A stretch of DNA of 64,000 nucleotides. Source: an uncultured delta proteobacterium. GTDB lineage: Bacteria; Desulfobacterota; Binatia; UBA9968. Of this stretch, positions 1-9,609 are shown one piece after another. The first letter of the stretch is position 1. Each line of letters opens with the position of its first letter. The stretch is taken from NCBI GenBank assembly GCA_963804165.1, contig CAWDPO010000014.1, forward strand, positions 64,001 to 128,000, read 5' to 3'. The position numbers and the translations under genes were made by a program. Below the pieces are notes generated by a model. That model worked only from the letters and a program-made list of their open reading frames with translations, searched no databases and was not told the origin of the DNA.

Positions 1-333
1 TGGGACGGGGTGGCGAATAATCTGGCGCTGAAAAATCTGCGCGATATCAAGAAGGGCGATTTGATTTTTATTTATCATACCGGCGACGAAAAACAGGCTG
101 TCGGAATCGCCCGCGCGTTGGGCGGCGCCTACGCCGATCCGAGCAAGAAAGATCCCAAGTTGTTGGTGGTCGATATCGAGCCGGTAAAAGCGCTGCCCAA
201 GCCCGTGACGCTGGCGCAAGTGAAAGCCGATAAGAAACTCGCCAACTTCGATCTCGTGCGCAACTCACGGCTGTCGATCATGAAGGTGACCGACGAGCAG
301 TGGGAGATTATGGAAGGGATGACCCGCGGGTAG
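1..333 (+). CDS. EVE domain-containing protein (5'-truncated by window edge)
   Basis: Frame from base 1 reads WDGVANNLALKNLRDIKKGDLIFIYHTG...LVRNSRLSIMKVTDEQW, matching EVE motifs WDGVRN, GD..F.YH, SRLSV. Confidence 0.9.
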   Translation, partial: WDGVANNLALKNLRDIKKGDLIFIYHTGDEKQAVGIARALGGAYADPSKKDPKLLVVDIEPVKALPKPVTLAQVKADKKLANFDLVRNSRLSIMKVTDEQWEIMEGMTRG

Positions 334-480
334 CGCACGGTCTCGGAAATTGACAACAGAATTTGATCATTGCTTAGCGCGAACTGTAGTAGCCCGCTAA
401 ACACAGCATCCTGCTTTTAGGTGAGATCGCGAACGCTCAGAAACGCTCCACGGGCATGATGGCCACAAGCGGGAGTCCGG

Positions 481-2367
481 CTATAGCTCGCGATCCTGTG
501 TGGATTGATAAACAACTACACGGTCGCGGCCGGCGTTCTTGGCGGCGTACAGGGCCACGTCTGCCGCCCGCAATAATTCACTTGGGTCGGCGGTGTCATC
601 ACCCGCCTGCGCAACGCCCGCCGACGCAGTCAGAGCGCTGAGCACTTGTTCGCCGTGGGGAATCTGCAGTTCCTTGATTTGCGTCCGAATCTGTTCCACG
701 CGTTGCTGGGCATCGGCAATGGATGAGTCGGGCAGCACGAGGACAAACTCCTCCCCGCCGTAGCGGCACGAGATGTCGCTTTTGCGCAATTTTCCACGCA
801 ACAGTCGTCCCAACTCGCGCAACAGCGAGTCACCCGCATCGTGGCCGTAAGTATCGTTGAAGCGCTTGAAGTCGTCTAGATCGAGCATCGCCACACAGAG
901 CGGCGCATGGGCGCGCCGGGCACGATGCAGCTCGCGCGGCAGGGTTTCTTCAAGATAGCGCCGGTTAAATAGCCCGGTCAGCGGATCGTGAATCGCCTCT
1001 GCCCGCAGCTCCTCTCGCAATTTCAGGTTGGACAAAGATAGCTTGATCGATTCGCTCACCGTCGCGGCCAACTGGAGCTGGCTAACTTGGTGTTTACTCC
1101 TTTTGGCGGGAGCGCCGACGAGACAAAAAACTCCCAACATTTCGCCCTGCACGGTCAACGGCACGCACAGGTAGCTAGTCTCCGGTTGGCTGACAAAATG
1201 ACGGCACAACAAGCCGGCCTGCGGATCGACGACTTCATGCAGTTGGCCACGGCGCAGTGCCCAACAATCCTCCAGTGAAAAGATCGACTCGCCGAGCGGC
1301 CGCTCGCCCCAGCGCGCAACCATTTCAAGATACTGACCCGACGCATGCAGAACCGCCAGGCATCCGGCCTGCCCGTCAAAGAGCTCGCCGGCGGCGAGGC
1401 CAACCACCTTGTAAGCTTCTTCCTGAGTGGTGCAGCTCTGCAGGAGATCGTCCATGCTGATGAGCGCCTGCATTTCACTGTCACGCCGCTGCAGTTCAGC
1501 AACCAATGCCATCAACTCCTCATTGGTTTTTCGTACGCTTTCCGTTGCCAGTTTGGGGGCCGTGACGTCGCGCACAATGGCGATTACCATGCTGCCGCTT
1601 TCCGTAGTCATCGGACTCAGCATAATGTCTACAGGGAATTCGCTCTTGTCTTTGCGCTGACCGAACAGTTCCAAACCGACTCCCATGGGTCGCATGCGCG
1701 GATCGGCAATGTAGCCGGTGATGTGTTTGACGTGCCGTTCTCTAAACCGTTCGGGAATCAAGAACTCCACAGGTTTGTCCTGCAGCTCGTTACGACTGTA
1801 ACCGAAAATAGACTCGACCTGAGCATTCATCTCGGTAATTTTTCCATGACGGTCGATCACCGCGATGGCGTCGGGAAACGACTCATACAGCCCCCTGGCG
1901 ATTTCAGCAAATCTGACGTCGGTGAGATCCCGGGTGATCAGCGAAAAACCCGCCAGTATTCCTTTCGCGCGCCGCATTGCGGTGATGAGCACATTGGCAA
2001 AAAAGCGCGAGCCGTCTTTGCGGACGCGCCAGGCCTGTTCTTCGTGGCGACCTTCGGACGCCGCAGTCTTGAGGACAAAGTCCGGCCGGCGGCGCTGAAT
2101 GTCTTCGGCGGGATAAAAACAGGAGAAGTGTTTGCCGAGAATCTCATCTTGCAGATAACCCGTAAGCCGCTCGGCGCCAATGTTCCAACTCGCCACGCGT
2201 CCCCGAGGATCGAGCGAGCAGACGGCGTAGTCCTTCGCGTTTTCGATAAGAAGACGAAGAGGCTCATTGCCTCCTTGCGCCGCTGTCTTTGTCCGCCGTA
2301 ACAAAGTTGGCAACGCTGGCGCTTTGTTGACTCCTTTGTCCGATGGCTTTTTCTTTCGCGGTTTCAC
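481..2367 (-). CDS. PAS-PAS-GAF diguanylate cyclase
   Basis: Two PAS domains (WNIGAERLTGY...RKDGSRF; GQRKDKSEFPV), GAF-like segment, DPLTGLFNRR, RKSD I-site and GGEEF active site. Confidence 0.95.
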   Translation of the reverse strand: MKPRKKKPSDKGVNKAPALPTLLRRTKTAAQGGNEPLRLLIENAKDYAVCSLDPRGRVASWNIGAERLTGYLQDEILGKHFSCFYPAEDIQRRRPDFVLKTAASEGRHEEQAWRVRKDGSRFFANVLITAMRRAKGILAGFSLITRDLTDVRFAEIARGLYESFPDAIAVIDRHGKITEMNAQVESIFGYSRNELQDKPVEFLIPERFRERHVKHITGYIADPRMRPMGVGLELFGQRKDKSEFPVDIMLSPMTTESGSMVIAIVRDVTAPKLATESVRKTNEELMALVAELQRRDSEMQALISMDDLLQSCTTQEEAYKVVGLAAGELFDGQAGCLAVLHASGQYLEMVARWGERPLGESIFSLEDCWALRRGQLHEVVDPQAGLLCRHFVSQPETSYLCVPLTVQGEMLGVFCLVGAPAKRSKHQVSQLQLAATVSESIKLSLSNLKLREELRAEAIHDPLTGLFNRRYLEETLPRELHRARRAHAPLCVAMLDLDDFKRFNDTYGHDAGDSLLRELGRLLRGKLRKSDISCRYGGEEFVLVLPDSSIADAQQRVEQIRTQIKELQIPHGEQVLSALTASAGVAQAGDDTADPSELLRAADVALYAAKNAGRDRVVVYQSTQDREL

Positions 2368-2561
2368 GTTCGATTTCCTTCGGTCATCGATTTTACATTT
2401 CTAGCAGAAGACGATTCTGTTTCCGAGTGCCGATTTAAAAAACCGGGACGCAAACAACGGCCAATCGGCACGCCTTGAACGCAGACGGTCATCTGAGATA
2501 GCTATAAGCAATTAGTGATTCGAAGGTTAGCATAGCTTTCAAGGAGTGAGGAAACAGGAAA

Positions 2562-3600
2562 ATGGCGGACGAACACAAACACGAACACAAAGGCGAGCAC
2601 GCGCACGACCACAAGCAAGATCACGGCCACGAGCACGGTCATTCCCATGGGCCCGACGACCAACATACGCACGCGCCCGATCACGGCCATTCGCACGATC
2701 GCGGCCAGTCCCATGACCACGGCCATGATCACGATCATTCGCATGAACACGCGCATGGTCACGAGCACGAGCACGAACACGGCTCCTCCCACGGTCATAG
2801 CCACGATCACAAGACGCGTTTTCACGATCCGGCGCACGCCGCCGAATTCGATCGGCGAGCGCTGTCGGGCATCCGCAGTTCGTTGACGGAGAAGTTAATC
2901 GAAATGTTAACCCTTAAAGGCGGCGAGCTCGTGCTCGATCTTGCAACGGGCACCGGAAGGGTCGCACGGCCGCTGTCCAAACATATGAAAGGTGGTCGCA
3001 TCGTCGGCGTAGATCAGGCGCTGGCGATGCTCGACGTCGGTCACCAGCACGAGGATGCGATTCCGCACTACAATCAGAGCGCCGGCGAGGCCGATAAGTT
3101 GCCCTTCAAAACCAACACTTTCGATCGCGCGTTTCGTCTCGTTTAGCCTGCATCATTTCAGCAATCCGTCGGGTGTCGTCGGCGAAGTGCTGCGCGTGCT
3201 CAAGAACAGCGGTCGCTTCGTGGTGCTCGATCCGATCATCGAAGAGGCGAAAGACGCCGTCGATATCGCACTCGAAACGAAGATCAATCAAGTTTTTCGC
3301 CGCACCCACGGCGATGATTTCCGCTTCCACACATCGAGCAGCATTCAGCGCTTGCTGACCAAAGCCGGTTACCGCGTGCCGCGCTGCAACGTGCTTTCTT
3401 TCTCCTTCAATCAAGAAGGCATGGACGGCATCCCCACCGGGCGCCACTGGCTCGAAGCCGCGCTGGAACTGGAAAAAGAAGCGCCGGAGCTCGCCGAGCG
3501 CATGAAGAAAAACTATTTCACCTGGCACGCCCACGGCGACCATGTGCACGTGAAGGGCGCGTTTTCTTACGCGTTAATCACAGGCGTCAAGCCGGCTTAA
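2562..3600 (+). CDS. Class I SAM-dependent methyltransferase (UbiE-like) with His-rich N-terminal tail; frameshift near 3135
   Basis: VLDLATGTG motif I and LPFKTNTFD in ORF 2562..3146; continues FSLHHF...EVLRVLKNSGRFVVLD in ORF ending 3600. Confidence 0.85.
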
Positions 3601-3607
3601 AAAGACT

Positions 3608-3632
3608 GTAGGGGCGCAGCATGCTGCGCCCT
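3608..3632 (+). repeat. GTAG-type REP-like palindrome, copy 1
   Basis: GTAG followed by the perfect palindrome GGGCGCAGCA|TGCTGCGCCC; near-identical copy at 9564-9588. Confidence 0.75.
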
Positions 3633-3652
3633 CTGATTAGGAGAGCGATGAC

Positions 3653-3913
3653 GTGAAGAAAGCCGACTTCCGAACTTTCTACCGCGACGCGCATGCCGTC
3701 GAATGCCTAACCGAGCGCGAGAAGATGCTCATCGGTCTCACTGTCGCCATGATGCGGCTCTGCGATCCGTGAGTGGATAGGCGCCTTGCGGACGCAAGGA
3801 AAGCGGGGATGACGGAAGAAGAGCTTGATGCGGCAGTGGATGTGATCGCCGCGGTGGATGCGGGCGTGCTGCAGTCGTTGAACCAGAGGATCAAAGCGAG
3901 GAACAAGGGGTAA
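3653..3913 (+). CDS. AhpD/carboxymuconolactone-decarboxylase-like selenoprotein (CxxU), copy 1, 86 aa; absent from ORF track
   Basis: AGGAGA RBS, GTG start; MKKADFRTFYRDAHAVECLTEREKMLIGLTVAMMRLCDP-TGA(3770-3772)-VDRRLADARKAGMTEEELDAAVDVIAAVDAGVLQSLNQRIKARNKG*. LTEREK.LI.L.VA...CxxC...A.KAG.TEEEL is the CMD/AhpD pattern; hairpin just downstream of TGA. Confidence 0.85.
3773..3800 (+). promoter_or_regulatory. Putative bacterial SECIS hairpin
   Basis: TGA-GTGGATAGGCG-CCTTGC-GGAC-GCAAGG: 6-bp stem with G-starting loop 17 nt after the UGA; retained in copies 2, 4 and 6. Confidence 0.65.
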
Positions 3914-4101
3914 CTCCCGCAGCCGCCGAGGACCACCTGGGTGGTACAAAGCCGGTGCTACCGAGACACTGAACAGCGTTTTCAACCAAGCTGGTCAGAA
4001 TATGCGCGAGGCAATCGAGTCCGATCTTGAAGGCTCGCGGCACGACTAAAGCGTTCTCACGCCCGAGCTCGTATTCCACCTACATTGACGTAACTGTTTA
4101 A

Positions 4102-4260
4102 CCTCCGTTGTCGGGGTTGGTAGAGGGCTGGGGCGAATACCCGAAGGGCAATGATGAGCCGAGAATTCGGGCTACGTTACTTCGAGGAATTCGTACCGGT
4201 CAGCCGGCGGGCAGCGACCAGTTTATCGAAGTGATTGAACAGTTAGAGGTCGTGGTCTAA
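4102..4260 (+). pseudogene. C-terminal remnant of a REP-associated (Y1/RAYT-like) transposase
   Basis: PPLSGLVEGWGEYPKGNDEPRIRATLLRGIRTGQPAGSDQFIEVIEQL resembles the L..LV.DW..YL...RTGRP.G...FI..IE.L tail of Y1 transposases; no HUH part. Confidence 0.5.
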
Positions 4261-4340
4261 TAATGCGCACAGCCAGGCGCCTACTGAAATGCATCATGAG
4301 AAATTAGTATTATGCCCCGGAATTCTCGCCACAACTCAAC

Positions 4341-7300
4341 ATGAGTGAACTTAAGAGACACCCTGCCAAGCTGCCGCCGGAGCAGGCGGCGCTCCGAGCG
4401 AAGTGTTTTCACCCGTCGGGGACATTTGTCGAGTTTCCAATCGAAGACGTTGAGACATCAATCCCCGCCCGGTTTGAGAAGATCGTACGCAAATATCCCG
4501 ACCGAATCGCGATCAAATCAGCAAATCAACTGCTCACTTACACCGAGCTCAACTCCCAAGCCAATCGAATAGCCCACGCGATTGTAGATCAGCAAGGAGA
4601 TGAGGCGGAACCGATCGCGGTATTGCTTGAAAGCGCGATGACGTTGATGGCAGCGACAATCGGGGTTTTAAAGGCTGGGAAATTTGTTGCGCTTCTGGAT
4701 GCTTCCTTCCCGGATTCGCGTAATGCGGCCATATTGGAGGATTCTCAAGCGCAAGTGGTGATCACCAACCGAAAAAATGCTCCGCTAGTTAACAGAATCA
4801 CAAACCGTGATTGTCGATTGATGGATTTCGAATCCGCCAATTCGGGAACTTCGGACGATGACCTGTGGTTATCTGTCTCACCGAACGCGCTCGCATTCCT
4901 TGTGTATACGTCCGGTTCCACTGGACAGCCCAAAGGCGTCATGCAGGATCATCGGAGTCGCTTGCATCAATATAAGTGGAGTACAAACACGAATCACATT
5001 TGCGAACACGATCGGGCGAGCCTTCTGACTTCCGGTACGTCCAGTTCGGTGGTTGTTAGTCTTAGGACCTTGCTTAATGGTGCGATGCTTCTTCCATTTG
5101 ATATTCGTAGGAGAGGAGTCGACAATCTCGCCGGCTGGCTCTTGGGCGAGAAAATTTCCGTTTGCGTAATCAGCTCGCCACTTTTCCGCAGCCTTTGCGA
5201 AAGCCTAACGGGAAAGGAAGGATTTCCCGATCTTCGCCTCATCCGGTTGAGTAGCGAAACAGCTTATAAGAATGATTTTTGTCTTTATAAGAAATTTTTC
5301 CCCCCAGAATGCCTTCTTACCAATGGGTTATCCCCCACTGAAGCTGGAGCGTTGACAGACTATTTCATGGACCAAGAGACAGAGATTCCCGGTGACGAGA
5401 TACCCGTGGGTTATCCCTTGGAAGATATAGACATTTTGTTACTGGATGACCAGGGCAAGGAGGTTGGCTTCAATCAGGTGGGCGAGATAGCCGTGAAAAG
5501 TCGTTATCTCTCGTCGGGCTATTGGCGAAGGCCAGCGCTTACCGAAGCCAAATTTAGACGCGCTCTCGACGGCAAGGACAGCCGTCTTTATCTCACCGGT
5601 GATTTGGGACTTATGCTTCCTGACAGTTGTCTCCTTCACAGGGGACGCAAGGATTTCCGAGTGAAGGTCCGGGGCTATGGGGTCGAGATGGCGGAAGTAG
5701 AGACTGTTCTCCGGGATCATGCGGCCATCAATGACGGAGTTGTGGTGGCGCGCCCAAATGAATCGGGTGAGGCTCGTTTGGTTGCTTATTTTACTTCTCC
5801 CCGGAGGCCCGGCCCCAGCGTGAGCGAGTTGCGCCGTTTCTTGCAAGAGAAGCTTCCCGACTACATGATCCCGTCGGCCTTTGTGAGGCTAGACGCGATA
5901 CCTTTGACTCCAAATGGCAAGGTAGACCGAGAAGCGCTTCCCGACCCGAAAAACTCAAGACCTAGTCTCAATGCTCCGCCCGTCGCACCGCGGACTTCCA
6001 AGGAGGAGAAATTAGCAAAGATTTGGGCGAAGGAGCTGCACATCGATCAGATAGGAGTTCATGACAATTTTTTCGATTTAGGCGGCCATTCTCTATTAGC
6101 AATGCGAGTCATCTCGCAGGTTCGCGACCATCTACAGGCTGAATTGTCCCTGATTCAGTTTTTTGAAAGTCCGACTGTGGCTGCTCTCGCCGCTCGAATT
6201 GAACCGGCTCGTTCACCGCAGGACGGGACACCGGCTCCTTTTATACAGCCCGCTTCAAGGGACGGAAAACTCCTTCTTTCTTTTGCCCAACAGAGGCTAT
6301 GGTTCATGCACCAGCTCGACCCAGAAAGCTGTGCGTACAACCTGTTTTCTGCAACTCAGCTCACGGGCCGACTCAACGTGACGGCGTTGGAGCAGAGTTT
6401 CAACGAGATCATTGGGCGCCACGAGGCCTTGCATACCGTCTTTAGGTCGGTCAACGGACAGCCGTTCCAAGTTGTTCTCCCAGCTCTGACTATCAACCTT
6501 CCTGTCGTGGAATTGCGAGATATCGTTTCTCCGGCTGAGCGAGACGCGGAGCGTCGCCGCCTTTGCGCTGAGGAGGCCCGGCGACCCTTCGATCTGGCCA
6601 ACGGCCCTTTGCTACGGGCCACTTTACTAAGATCGACCGACGAAACGTACGTTCTGCTGCTGGTCCTACACCATATTATTTTCGATGGTTGGTCTAGAGC
6701 AGTCTTAGATCAAGAAATTTCCATAGCCTACGAGGCCTTGTCCTGCGGCCAATCTCCATCGCTGCCCGTGTTGCCGCTTCAGTATGCAGACTTTGCTCAA
6801 TGGCAGCGCCAGCAGCTACACGGCGAGGCGCTCGAAGGGCAACTGGCCTACTGGAAAAAGCAGCTTGAAACGCTCTCAATTTTGCAGTTGCCGAGTGATC
6901 GGCCACGACCAGCGATTCAAACTTCTAGAGGCGCAAGACAATCTTTCACGCTGCCCGAAGAACTCGTCGCGGGACTCAAAATGTTTGGGCGCCAGGAGGG
7001 CGCCACTCTTTTCATGACGTTGCTAGCGGCCTATCTGACATTGCTGGGCCGTTACACGGGGCAGAACGATATCGCGATTGGGGCTCCCATCTCCGGCCGG
7101 AACCGTAGCGAGTTCGAAAGTTTAATCGGGCTCTTTCTTAACATGTTGGTCCTGCGCACCGACTTGTCTGGCAATCCAACCTTTCGAGAGCTGCTCTCTC
7201 GCGCCCGAAAGGTTTGCCTGGAAGCTTATGCGAACCAGGATGTCCCTTTTGAAGAACTCGTCCAAGAACTGCAGCCGCTACGCAGTCTAAGTCACAATCC

Positions 7301-9473
7301 ACTATTTCAAGTAACCTTTGCGCTACAGAATAGCCCAACGAGCCTTCTCAAGCTGACCGGTATGACCGCACGAGATCTTAATCTGGGGTCAGGAATAGCA
7401 ACTTTTGATTTACACCTGTTCATGGTCGAGGAGGAGACAACCTTGAGCGGTTGGTTGGTTTATAACACGGATCTGTTTGATGCCGCGTCGATCGCCCGGA
7501 TGGTCAGGCATTTTCAAATGATACTGGAAGGCGTCGTCGCTAATCCCGACCAGCATATCTCGGATCTACCGCTACTCACGGAGGCCGAAAAGCATCAACT
7601 TTTGGTGGAGTGGTGCGATAGAAGGGAAGAATACACAAAAGACAGGTGTCTGCACCAGCGGTTTGAGGAGCAGGTAGTGCGTACGCCTGAGGCCCTCGCC
7701 GTGGTCTTTGAAGATCAGCAATTGACCTACCGAGAATTGAACCGGTCCGCAAATCGCATAGCGCGTCGATTGCAAGGACTGGGAGTTGGGCCTGATGTTC
7801 TGGTCGGCCTGTACGTCGAACGATCCATCGAGTTGATCATCGGCGTTCTGGGAATTCTCAAAGCCGGCGGGGCCTATGTTCCGTTCGACCCCAGTTATCC
7901 AGCGGATCGAGTAGAGTTCATGCTGAGAGATGCCGACGTATCGGTGCTGCTGACGCAGAAGCACCTGTCCACTCAATTACCTGCATGCGATTCCGCAGTG
8001 GTATACCTTGATGCGGAACATTTGAAAAATTCGTCCGACGACGCGAATGAAGCAGATCTTGAAAGCAGTGCCAAGCCGGATGATTTGGCATACGTGATCT
8101 ACACTTCCGGCTCTACCGGCAAGCCCAACGGCGTGTTGATCACGCATCGTAGTGCTGGCGCTTTTCTCAATTGGGCTCACAGCGCGTTTACCCAAGAAGA
8201 TTTCGCCGGCGTCATTGCATCGACCTCGATTTGCTTTGACTTATCCGTGTTTGAAATTTTTGCTCCGCTTACAGCCGGCGGGCAGGTTATCCTGGTTGAA
8301 AACGCTTTGGCGCTAGCCCACGTGGACGAGGCAGTGGCGCCAACTTTAGTGAACACGGTGCCGTCGGTCATGGCCGAGCTGTTGCGCCTTGGCGGGTTGC
8401 CGAAGTCGATTCGCACCGTGAATCTGGCCGGCGAGCCACTTAAGGCGAGCCTGGTTCGGCAGATCCATCAACAAACTTCCGCACAGCAGGTCTATGATCT
8501 TTATGGACCGTCGGAGACCACGACGTACTCGACTTACACGCAGAGAACGGCCGATGGTGCTCAAACGATTGGCCGTCCGATCGCCAACACGCAAATCTAT
8601 ATCCTGGATCCGCATGGGAATCCCGCGCCGATCGGCATACCGGGAGAGATTTACATTGGCGGGACGGGTTTAGCGCGCGGCTATTTGAATCGTCCTGAGC
8701 TGACTGCGGAGAAATTCATTGCCAATCCGTTCAGCACCGAGCGCGGGGCAAGGCTTTACAGGACCGGAGATTCAGCGCGGTATTTACCCGACGGAAATAT
8801 CGAGTTCCGCGGGCGCCTGGACAACCAAGTCAAGATCCGGGGATTTCGCATTGAGCTAGGGGAGATCGAAGCCGTGCTCAGTCAACACTCCAGACTCCGA
8901 GAGGCTGTCGTGCTCGTTAGAGAAGACAATCCTGGCGAGAAGCAGTTAGTGGCCTATACCGTCGCCGCTGCCGGCTTCATGCCTTCGGTCAATGAACTGC
9001 GCGCCTTTCTACAGCAGAAACTCCCGGAATACATGGTACCGTCCGCGTTTGTCATGCTCGTCAGCCTTCCATTTACTCCCAACGGTAAGGTGGACCGAAA
9101 GGCACTACCCGCACCACACCAAACCAGGCCTGAGCTGGAGGAAACTTTCGTCGCTCCGCGGACACCGACCGAGCAAACGCTCGTCGCAATATGGGGCAAA
9201 GTGCTCAAACTCGAAAAGGTCGGCATCCACGACAACTTCTTCGAGTTGGGAGGACATTCGTTACTTGCCACGCAAGTCATGTCCCGAATACGCAGTGCTT
9301 TTTCCATCGACCTGCCGCTACGCCGCATGTTCGAATCGCCAACGGTGGCGGAAATTGCGGTCATTATAACAGAAAGCCGAGCACAGCCTGTGAGCGAAGC
9401 AGCGTTTGCGCGTATGTTGTCTGAGGTAGAAGTCACGACCGAGGAAGAAGCGGAAAAAATCCTTGCAAAATAG
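4341..9473 (+). CDS. Non-ribosomal peptide synthetase, A-T-C-A-T, no TE
   Basis: Two YTSGSTG.P A3 motifs, TGD motifs, two FF.LGGHSL carrier motifs, HHIIFDG condensation motif, PLTPNGKVDR A10. Confidence 0.95.
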   Translation: MSELKRHPAKLPPEQAALRAKCFHPSGTFVEFPIEDVETSIPARFEKIVRKYPDRIAIKSANQLLTYTELNSQANRIAHAIVDQQGDEAEPIAVLLESAMTLMAATIGVLKAGKFVALLDASFPDSRNAAILEDSQAQVVITNRKNAPLVNRITNRDCRLMDFESANSGTSDDDLWLSVSPNALAFLVYTSGSTGQPKGVMQDHRSRLHQYKWSTNTNHICEHDRASLLTSGTSSSVVVSLRTLLNGAMLLPFDIRRRGVDNLAGWLLGEKISVCVISSPLFRSLCESLTGKEGFPDLRLIRLSSETAYKNDFCLYKKFFPPECLLTNGLSPTEAGALTDYFMDQETEIPGDEIPVGYPLEDIDILLLDDQGKEVGFNQVGEIAVKSRYLSSGYWRRPALTEAKFRRALDGKDSRLYLTGDLGLMLPDSCLLHRGRKDFRVKVRGYGVEMAEVETVLRDHAAINDGVVVARPNESGEARLVAYFTSPRRPGPSVSELRRFLQEKLPDYMIPSAFVRLDAIPLTPNGKVDREALPDPKNSRPSLNAPPVAPRTSKEEKLAKIWAKELHIDQIGVHDNFFDLGGHSLLAMRVISQVRDHLQAELSLIQFFESPTVAALAARIEPARSPQDGTPAPFIQPASRDGKLLLSFAQQRLWFMHQLDPESCAYNLFSATQLTGRLNVTALEQSFNEIIGRHEALHTVFRSVNGQPFQVVLPALTINLPVVELRDIVSPAERDAERRRLCAEEARRPFDLANGPLLRATLLRSTDETYVLLLVLHHIIFDGWSRAVLDQEISIAYEALSCGQSPSLPVLPLQYADFAQWQRQQLHGEALEGQLAYWKKQLETLSILQLPSDRPRPAIQTSRGARQSFTLPEELVAGLKMFGRQEGATLFMTLLAAYLTLLGRYTGQNDIAIGAPISGRNRSEFESLIGLFLNMLVLRTDLSGNPTFRELLSRARKVCLEAYANQDVPFEELVQELQPLRSLSHNPLFQVTFALQNSPTSLLKLTGMTARDLNLGSGIATFDLHLFMVEEETTLSGWLVYNTDLFDAASIARMVRHFQMILEGVVANPDQHISDLPLLTEAEKHQLLVEWCDRREEYTKDRCLHQRFEEQVVRTPEALAVVFEDQQLTYRELNRSANRIARRLQGLGVGPDVLVGLYVERSIELIIGVLGILKAGGAYVPFDPSYPADRVEFMLRDADVSVLLTQKHLSTQLPACDSAVVYLDAEHLKNSSDDANEADLESSAKPDDLAYVIYTSGSTGKPNGVLITHRSAGAFLNWAHSAFTQEDFAGVIASTSICFDLSVFEIFAPLTAGGQVILVENALALAHVDEAVAPTLVNTVPSVMAELLRLGGLPKSIRTVNLAGEPLKASLVRQIHQQTSAQQVYDLYGPSETTTYSTYTQRTADGAQTIGRPIANTQIYILDPHGNPAPIGIPGEIYIGGTGLARGYLNRPELTAEKFIANPFSTERGARLYRTGDSARYLPDGNIEFRGRLDNQVKIRGFRIELGEIEAVLSQHSRLREAVVLVREDNPGEKQLVAYTVAAAGFMPSVNELRAFLQQKLPEYMVPSAFVMLVSLPFTPNGKVDRKALPAPHQTRPELEETFVAPRTPTEQTLVAIWGKVLKLEKVGIHDNFFELGGHSLLATQVMSRIRSAFSIDLPLRRMFESPTVAEIAVIITESRAQPVSEAAFARMLSEVEVTTEEEAEKILAK

Positions 9474-9563
9474 GGGTCAATGAAGAAAGCGATTCTGGCA
9501 CGGGAAGGCGGGGCATCTATTCCAGGGCAAGTGCTCAGTCATGAGTGCTGAGGTTTCGCATCA

Positions 9564-9588
9564 GTAGCGGCGCAGCATGCTGCGCCTT
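9564..9588 (+). repeat. GTAG-type REP-like palindrome, copy 2
   Basis: GTAGC-GGCGCAGCATGCTGCGCC, same position relative to selenoprotein copy 2 as in copy 1. Confidence 0.7.
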
Positions 9589-9609
9589 CTGCGTGACAGG
9601 AGCAATACT

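Noticed and set aside
3679-3985. Repeated minus-strand ORFs (3679-3936, 3707-3985, 9664-9864, 13720-13944) that look like a paralog family
   Set aside because: They are antisense shadows of the plus-strand selenoprotein repeat, which has the RBS, family motif and synonymous substitution pattern
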